DNA from: Nitrospiria bacterium
Lineage (GTDB): Bacteria > Nitrospirota > Nitrospiria > Nitrospirales > NS-4
Assembly: GCA_041490525.1 (NCBI GenBank)
Contig: JBGPTH010000014.1
Coordinates: 1,983 to 65,982 of the forward strand
Length of the DNA stretch: 64,000 nt
Direction of reading: 5' to 3'
The position numbers and the translations under genes were made by a program. This document shows, piece after piece, positions 58,675 to 64,000 of the stretch. Position 1 is the first letter of the stretch, and every line of letters begins with the position of its first letter. The notes under the pieces were generated by a model that saw nothing but the letters and a program-made list of their open reading frames with translations, did not search any database and was not told the DNA's origin.

Positions 58675-59652
58675 ATGATCATCGCTATTGATGAATCAGG
58701 GTCTTTTGCACCGGACGCAAAGGAGCGACACTTCTTTTCTGCGATTCACCTCCGTCAGCGGAGGACGTTCTACAAACTGAAAGAGCGACAATTTACAGAC
58801 TGGGAGATGTCGTTGCCTCGAACTCTGAAGAACGCAAAGGGAGAAATTAAAAGTTCTAGTTTGTCCGATGATCAACTATCGGAGTTTGCGCGCGTTGTTC
58901 TTTGCGGCCAACACTATGTGGGTGTGACACCATTTGCGATTAATCCAACCGATAATCCTAAATCGGTCGTTGAAAAGCATCGCGCAGTCGCCTTGGTTGG
59001 TATTCAGGAGGGGGTAAAAGGCTATACCGCTCAGGGAAAGAAAAAATTAGCAGCTGTTTATCAGGACTTTGGGAATTGGCTACAAAGACTAAGCTATTCG
59101 CAGTTCCTTAAGATTGTATTACTCGGTTCGTGCCTGTCCTCGGCGATCGTAAACACAATGGGGCATGCGATCTCTGGAGGGCATGATGAAGAGCTGATGC
59201 GAATGGAATTTCTTATCGACCGGGATTTCATAAAAGAACCGAGACACCAATTTTTTTGGCGTAACATTTGGCGTAATCAGCTTTACCACGCCAGTAAATT
59301 AAATCCTTTCCCGATGTTAGAGAAGTGGAAGGAGAAGGGCCATCCCTTTTTGACGAAATATATGCGGGAGGGCCATCTGGATTTCAGTGATCTTTTCTCT
59401 AATCACCTCAGGTTCGTTCAATCGCATGCGTATTTCGAGATACGGATAGCCGACGCCGTAAATACCATCCTTTTTCGCTTTTTCAATCAACGGCGGTGTG
59501 CCCTCGCATACAAGTATCTTCGCAGCTGCATTCTGTATGATGGAAAGGTCCATCAGATACTCTTGAGAGACTTTGATCTTGATGCCTGGCGCTATGACCC
59601 CGACGCAAATCCTTGGGGGAAGTTTCCGAGTTCTTCAGAGAAGGTCATGTAA
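58675..59652 (+). CDS. DUF3800-like (RNase H-fold) protein
   Basis: N-terminal IAIDESG, EIK, FLIDR, C-terminal IRIAD motifs. Confidence 0.7.
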   Translation: MIIAIDESGSFAPDAKERHFFSAIHLRQRRTFYKLKERQFTDWEMSLPRTLKNAKGEIKSSSLSDDQLSEFARVVLCGQHYVGVTPFAINPTDNPKSVVEKHRAVALVGIQEGVKGYTAQGKKKLAAVYQDFGNWLQRLSYSQFLKIVLLGSCLSSAIVNTMGHAISGGHDEELMRMEFLIDRDFIKEPRHQFFWRNIWRNQLYHASKLNPFPMLEKWKEKGHPFLTKYMREGHLDFSDLFSNHLRFVQSHAYFEIRIADAVNTILFRFFNQRRCALAYKYLRSCILYDGKVHQILLRDFDLDAWRYDPDANPWGKFPSSSEKVM

Positions 59653-59711
59653 GGGAATTGTGAAATTAATCTGGGTTGGAGTTGACTGTTCAGCCCGCCT
59701 AAAACAAACGT

Positions 59712-59812
59712 GGCGTCAGTCACCGTTTTCCGATTCGCAAGCAAACAGATAATGAAAACGGTGACAGACCCCGACCTATGACTCCTCGGAGAAAACGGTA
59801 ACAGACACCGTT
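59712..59812. repeat. REP-like palindrome E5 plus tandem copy of its right arm
   Basis: GTCACCGTTTTC (59719..59730) / GAAAACGGTGAC (59754..59765) perfect 12 bp; GAAAACGGTAACAGACACCG repeated at ~59791; related half site GGTGTCAGTCACCGT at 60183..60197. Confidence 0.7.
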
Positions 59813-59817
59813 CCTCG

Positions 59818-59869
59818 CTACGGCTGCTTGTCGGTCTTCAGTTGAACGACCTGCTGCGGGTAGGGCATC
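59818..59869 (-). pseudogene. Relic copy of the mscS 3' end (MPYPQQVVQLKTDKQP-stop)
   Basis: 59826..59869 matches 60907..60950 at 43/44 nt. Confidence 0.85.
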
Positions 59870-59878
59870 CGGCGGAGG

Positions 59879-60109
59879 TCATTTTAGCTTGGAGCGGGCG
59901 TCGTCAAAAACCTGAGCAGCGGGTTTGGGAGCGAGTGTCCCTCGTCGGTAGTCCTGATAGCGGCGCTCGGCCTCTTGCAGCCATAGCTCTTCCGCCTCCA
60001 CATCCTCACCGATGTCCAGGCTGGCGATCAGACTGTGCGCGAGATGGGCGCGGTCAGCCGCGGGGAGTTGTTTGGCCTCCTGTTCAAGCTGTGATAATGC
60101 TTTTCCCAT
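59879..60109 (-). CDS. Addiction-module antitoxin component (TIGR02574-like), cognate toxin missing
   Basis: GAGGAGA SD; A..LP..DRA.LA..L..SL.....W..EAERR...Y..G. Confidence 0.8.
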   Translation of the reverse strand: MGKALSQLEQEAKQLPAADRAHLAHSLIASLDIGEDVEAEELWLQEAERRYQDYRRGTLAPKPAAQVFDDARSKLK

Positions 60110-60244
60110 GGTCTCTCCTCTATGGCTGGCGACATTCTGACTGTACTCGTCCAGCCATGAATTTTCAATATCCATTGAAACTGGTGTCAGTCACCGTCGG
60201 ATTTTTTGCTTGACTTGTGAAGTAGGAATTCATACCATGATGGT

Positions 60245-60475
60245 ATGAAAACCGTGGTTTCGGAAAAGGGGCAGGTGACGATCCCCAAGCCGATCCGTGA
60301 TCGCCTGGGCATTCGGGCGGGCCAAGCCTTGGATTTCCGTGCGGAGCAGGGGCAGTTGGTGGCGACCAAGATCACGCCTCAGGACGCAGTCGAGAGCGTG
60401 TACGGGATACTTAAGCTTGGACGGCCGACGGATGCGGTGATGAAAACGTTGCGCGGGACGGCCGGCGCGAGGTGA
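60245..60475 (+). CDS. AbrB/MazE-fold antitoxin
   Basis: VSEKGQVTIPK.IR..LGI..G..L.F. Confidence 0.9.
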   Translation: MKTVVSEKGQVTIPKPIRDRLGIRAGQALDFRAEQGQLVATKITPQDAVESVYGILKLGRPTDAVMKTLRGTAGAR

Positions 60476-60882
60476 TCACGGCAGTCGACACGAGCGTCCT
60501 GCTCGACATTTTCGGCGCCGATCCTGCCTTCGGGAGTCGCTCCAAAGCGGCTCTGCGTTCCTGTATCAGCGAAGGCGGCCTGATTGCCTGCGAGGTCGTA
60601 TGGGCGGAGGTGGCAGGCCTCTTTCCAACATCCGAGGCCGCCCAAGACGCCATGAGGCGTTTAAGCGTGGAATTCAGCGCTATCGAAATCGAAACGGCGC
60701 TGGCAGCCGGCGCGTCCTGGAAGAAGTATCGGGATCGGGGTGGACGGCGGAATCGGGTGGCGGCTGATTTCTTGATCGGCGCGCATGCGTTGTTGCAAGC
60801 CAATCGGCTGTTGACGCGGGATCGTGGATTCTATCGGGCCTATTTTTCCTCCCTGAAGGTGGTCGACTCTTCAAAAGCCTGA
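60472..60882 (+). CDS. vapC: PIN-domain (VapC) toxin
   Basis: AVDTSVL.D, VVWAEV, ADF.IGAHA, LLTRD; GTGA overlap with the antitoxin stop. Confidence 0.9.
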   Translation: MITAVDTSVLLDIFGADPAFGSRSKAALRSCISEGGLIACEVVWAEVAGLFPTSEAAQDAMRRLSVEFSAIEIETALAAGASWKKYRDRGGRRNRVAADFLIGAHALLQANRLLTRDRGFYRAYFSSLKVVDSSKA

Positions 60883-60889
60883 AGAGGCT

Positions 60890-61948
60890 CTATATCTGTT
60901 CGGTCGGCTTGTCGGTCTTCAGTTGAACGACTTGCTGCGGGTAGGGCATCTCGATCTGTTCGTCCTTGAACCGTTTCAGAATGCGCTTGCGGAGCTCGTG
61001 CTGGACCAGTCCCTGGTCCTCGAATTCCCGGACATGGACGCCCAGGGTGAAGTCCAGCGACGACGCGCCGAAGCCGGGAATGAGCCTGACGGCGGGCGCC
61101 GGCTCCGCCAAAAGCCCCGGCACCTGGCCCACGGCTTTCTGGGCCTCCTCGAGCAGCACCCGTTCGACGCGGTCCGGATCGGTCCCGTACGACACGCTGA
61201 CGGTGAGGGACACGGCCATGCGCGGGTCGGGGAGGAAGTAGTTGGTCAGGATGGACTGCGTCAGCTTGTTGTTGGGGATGATCACCAGATTGTTGGGAAG
61301 CATGCGGATCCGCGTCGTGCGCCACCCGATGTCCACGATGTAGCCCTCCTGGCCCGTTTCGAGCTTCACGAAGTCGCCGATCCGCACCGGCTTCTCGATC
61401 AAGAGATGAATGCCGGCGAAGAAGTTGGACAGGGTGTCCTGCAGGGCCAGCGCGACCGCCAGCCCGCCCACGCCCAAGGCGGTGAGAATCGGCGCGATCG
61501 AGACCCCCAGGCCGCTCAGGAGCACCAGCCCGCCGACGATCCAGATCGTCACCTTGATGATCGTGATGGAAAGCCCGGTGGCCGGGAGCGCCAGATTGTT
61601 CTTCCGGAGCGTGTCCCACAGGGTTGACGCCGCCACGTTCGCCAGCGCGGCCGTCGCCGAGACCACCAACAGCGCGTACACGATGCTGAGCGCAGCGGCC
61701 CCGGGGCGCGGCGGCAGGGGCGCGAGATCGAGCGCGACGTACAGGCCGATCAGCACGCACCAGACGGCCGAGGGAAGGCGGAGGCTCCGCACGAGGACAT
61801 CGTCGAGCCGGGTCGGCGTGCGCGCGGCCCAGCGGTAGAGCGCGCGGAGCGCGAGGTGACGAAAGCCGAGCGCCAAGCCGGTGACGACGGCGAAGGCGGC
61901 CAGGCCCTTGAGGGCGGTGATGACTTCGGCGGATAAGCTCTTCATCAT
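60890..61948 (-). CDS. mscS: Small-conductance mechanosensitive channel family protein
   Basis: GVGGLAVALALQDTLSNFFAGI, P.RIGD, IG.R.T.IR, IPN. Confidence 0.92.
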   Translation of the reverse strand: MMKSLSAEVITALKGLAAFAVVTGLALGFRHLALRALYRWAARTPTRLDDVLVRSLRLPSAVWCVLIGLYVALDLAPLPPRPGAAALSIVYALLVVSATAALANVAASTLWDTLRKNNLALPATGLSITIIKVTIWIVGGLVLLSGLGVSIAPILTALGVGGLAVALALQDTLSNFFAGIHLLIEKPVRIGDFVKLETGQEGYIVDIGWRTTRIRMLPNNLVIIPNNKLTQSILTNYFLPDPRMAVSLTVSVSYGTDPDRVERVLLEEAQKAVGQVPGLLAEPAPAVRLIPGFGASSLDFTLGVHVREFEDQGLVQHELRKRILKRFKDEQIEMPYPQQVVQLKTDKPTEQI

Positions 61949-61994
61949 GGAGCGCCCAATATAAATCCGGCCGGTTTTGTTATGATAGCGCGTT

Positions 61995-62420
61995 ATGGCG
62001 GGTGAAGAAAGGTGGGAACACTTCCCCCATCAGGCCGACATGGGCGTGCGGGGGATCGCGCCCTCGAAGGAGGGCGCGTTCGAGCAGGCCGCCCTGGCCA
62101 TGATCGCCGTGATCACCGATCCCCTGGCGGTGAGCCCCACGGAGGCGGTTACGATCGCCTGCGAGGCGCCCGACGACGAACTGTTGCTGGCCGATTGGCT
62201 GAATGCCTTGATCTACGAGATGGCGACGCGCAAGATGGTCTTCGGCCGCGTGGAGGTGCAACTCACCGACCATCGCCTGCAGGCCACCGCCTGGGGCGAA
62301 CCTGTGCTGGTGGCGAAGCATCAGCCGGCCGTCGAGGTCAAGGGCGCGACCTATACGAGCCTCTCCGTCACGCAGGACCGGCACGGAACCTGGATCGCCC
62401 AGTGCGTGGTGGACGTGTGA
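61995..62420 (+). CDS. Archease
   Basis: [32 protein letters not shown]-terminus. Confidence 0.92.
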   Translation: MAGEERWEHFPHQADMGVRGIAPSKEGAFEQAALAMIAVITDPLAVSPTEAVTIACEAPDDELLLADWLNALIYEMATRKMVFGRVEVQLTDHRLQATAWGEPVLVAKHQPAVEVKGATYTSLSVTQDRHGTWIAQCVVDV

Positions 62421-62447
62421 GCGGTAGGCGATAGTGCGGAGGACGCC

Positions 62448-63878
62448 ATGGATCTCGCCTTAGTGCACCGGCAGTCCGACTATGAGTGGCGGATCAAGCC
62501 CTTCGGCAAGATGCGCGTGCCGGGGATCATCTACGCCGATGAGGCGCTCATCCGGGACATGGACATGAAGGTCTATGAGCAGGTCACCAACGTGGCCACC
62601 CTGCCCGGCATCGAGCAGGCCTCCTACGCGATGCCCGACGCCCATTGGGGGTACGGGTTTCCCATCGGCGGGGTCGCGGCGTTCGATCCCGAGCGGGGCG
62701 GAGTGGTGTCCGCGGGCGGGGTGGGGTTCGACATTTCTTGTGGCGTGCGCAATCTCCACACCGGGCTCACGGCGGCCGATATCCTGCCGGTGAAGGAGCG
62801 GTTGGCGGAGGCCCTGTATCGCAAGGTCCCCGCGGGGGTCGGGAGCACCGGCCGGGTGCACCTCGACCGCAAAGGGATGGACGCCATGCTCCTCGGCGGC
62901 GCCCAGTGGGCGGTGGACCTTGGGTACGGCATGCCGGAAGACCTGGAGCGGATCGAAGAGCACGGCCGCATGGCGGAGGCCCAGCCCGAGCAGGTTTCCG
63001 ATCATGCCAAGAAGCGGCAGCAGGACGAGATGGGCACTCTCGGGTCCGGCAATCACTATCTCGAGGTGCAGGAGGTCGAGGCCATCCACGACGCCGGGAT
63101 CGCCGCCGCCTACGGGGTGCGGCGGGGGGACATCCTGGTCAGCATCCACTGCGGGTCGCGCGGGCTCGGCCACCAGATCGGCACCGAATTCCTGAAAAAG
63201 ATGGCGATCGCGGCGGCCGGCCACGGGATCGAATTGCCGGACCGCGAGCTGGCCTGCGCCCCCATCGAATCGCCCATCGGCCGGGAGTACCTGGGCGCCA
63301 TGCGGGGGGCCATCAATTGCGCCCTGGCCAATCGCCAGATCATCACGCACTTGGTGCGGCAGGTCTTCGCCGAGGTGCTGCCCGGGGCACGCCTGCCGTT
63401 GCTGTACGATGTGTCGCATAACACGTGCAAGGTCGAGGAGCACGTCATCGAAGGCCGCCCACGGCGCCTCTTCGTGCACCGCAAGGGCGCCACGCGCGCC
63501 TTCGGCCCCGGGCATCCCGACATCCCCCCGGCGCTGCGCGACGTCGGGCAACCGGTCCTGATCGGCGGGACCATGGGCACGGCCTCGTACATCCTGGCCG
63601 GGACCCGGGAGGGCATGACGCTGGCGTTCGGCTCGGCGTGCCACGGCGCCGGCCGCAGCATGAGCCGCCACCAGGCCACCCGACAGTGGAAGGGCCGCGA
63701 GGTCATCGCCGAACTGGCCGGTCGCGGCATCCTGATCCGCAGCCCCTCGTACCGCGGCGTGGCCGAAGAAGCCCCGGGGGCCTACAAGGACGTGGGCGCG
63801 GTCGTGCAGGCCGCGGACCATGCGCACCTGGCCCGGACGGTCGCGAAGCTGGTGCCGCTGATCTGCGTCAAAGGGTAG
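62448..63878 (+). CDS. rtcB: RNA 2',3'-cyclic phosphate/3'-phosphate ligase RtcB (archease-associated type)
   Basis: MPDAH.GYGFPIGGV, VGFDISCGVR, GTLGSGNHYLE, HCGSRG.G, YDV.HN, HRKGATRA, CHGAGR, EEAP.AYKD. Confidence 0.97.
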   Translation: MDLALVHRQSDYEWRIKPFGKMRVPGIIYADEALIRDMDMKVYEQVTNVATLPGIEQASYAMPDAHWGYGFPIGGVAAFDPERGGVVSAGGVGFDISCGVRNLHTGLTAADILPVKERLAEALYRKVPAGVGSTGRVHLDRKGMDAMLLGGAQWAVDLGYGMPEDLERIEEHGRMAEAQPEQVSDHAKKRQQDEMGTLGSGNHYLEVQEVEAIHDAGIAAAYGVRRGDILVSIHCGSRGLGHQIGTEFLKKMAIAAAGHGIELPDRELACAPIESPIGREYLGAMRGAINCALANRQIITHLVRQVFAEVLPGARLPLLYDVSHNTCKVEEHVIEGRPRRLFVHRKGATRAFGPGHPDIPPALRDVGQPVLIGGTMGTASYILAGTREGMTLAFGSACHGAGRSMSRHQATRQWKGREVIAELAGRGILIRSPSYRGVAEEAPGAYKDVGAVVQAADHAHLARTVAKLVPLICVKG

Positions 63879-63999
63879 GGAGGGTCCTCTGATCAAGCAC
63901 CCGGCCGAGCGTGGCGGAAAGGACGAAGACCACCGAGGCATAATAGAGCCAGACCAGGAAAATGAGGAGCCCGCCCAGAGCGCTGATCAGTCCCGTGCC
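63868..63999 (-). CDS. C-terminus of a YihY/BrkB family membrane protein (5'-truncated by window edge)
   Basis: Minus frame GTGLISALGGLLIFLVWLYYASVVFVLSATLGRVL; stop overlaps the rtcB end. Confidence 0.6.
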   Translation of the reverse strand, partial: GTGLISALGGLLIFLVWLYYASVVFVLSATLGRVLDQRTLPTL

Positions 64000-64000
64000 C

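Larger units (their letters stand above)
57218..60889. other. Accessory (candidate defence) island 2 between convergent metH and mscS (no integrase present)
   Basis: AT-rich (a sampled 60-nt line at 59041 is 22/60 GC); nuclease/TA-type ORFs separated by palindromes; relic of mscS 3' end. Confidence 0.8.

Noticed and set aside
57218-60200. CRISPR array interpretation of the spaced palindromes
   Set aside because: The repeats are too divergent, are separated by whole genes rather than ~35-nt spacers, and no cas genes are present.
62460-63941. 493-aa minus-strand ORF
   Set aside because: Antisense shadow of rtcB.

Overview
GC-rich bacterial chromosome segment (a sampled 60-nt core line is ~65% GC), most consistent with Nitrospirota from gene content and order (inference). 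It opens with the end of a cytochrome bd-like/cytochrome c/heme-b respiratory cluster. Housekeeping blocks follow: ubiA, tRNA-Thr(CGT), desaturase, HU, a CHASE2 adenylate cyclase-SH3-M48 operon, gltA-fumC-FNR-like, nadK, clpC-tsaD-hflX-nth-yicC-gmk-rpoZ-coaBC-aroQ-efp-accBC-thiE, lpxD, trpFBA, metH, mscS, archease-rtcB. Two AT-richer accessory patches lie between convergent core genes (thiE><lpxD, ~34.8-38.76 kb; metH><mscS, ~57.2-60.9 kb). They carry predicted nucleases (VRR-NUC, two HEPN-like proteins, DUF3800, PIN) but no integrase. Both contain a relic copy of the 3' end of the right-hand flanking gene 1.1-1.3 kb inside. The first has a HEPN-like gene bounded by integron core sites (GTTAGGC/GCCTAAC); in the second the genes are separated by related REP-like palindromes. 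Also notable: a Cyc2-like cytochrome-porin, several apparently degenerate enzymes and many apparently leaderless genes. No CRISPR array, rRNA or transposase was seen. All family calls come from motif recognition, not database searches.
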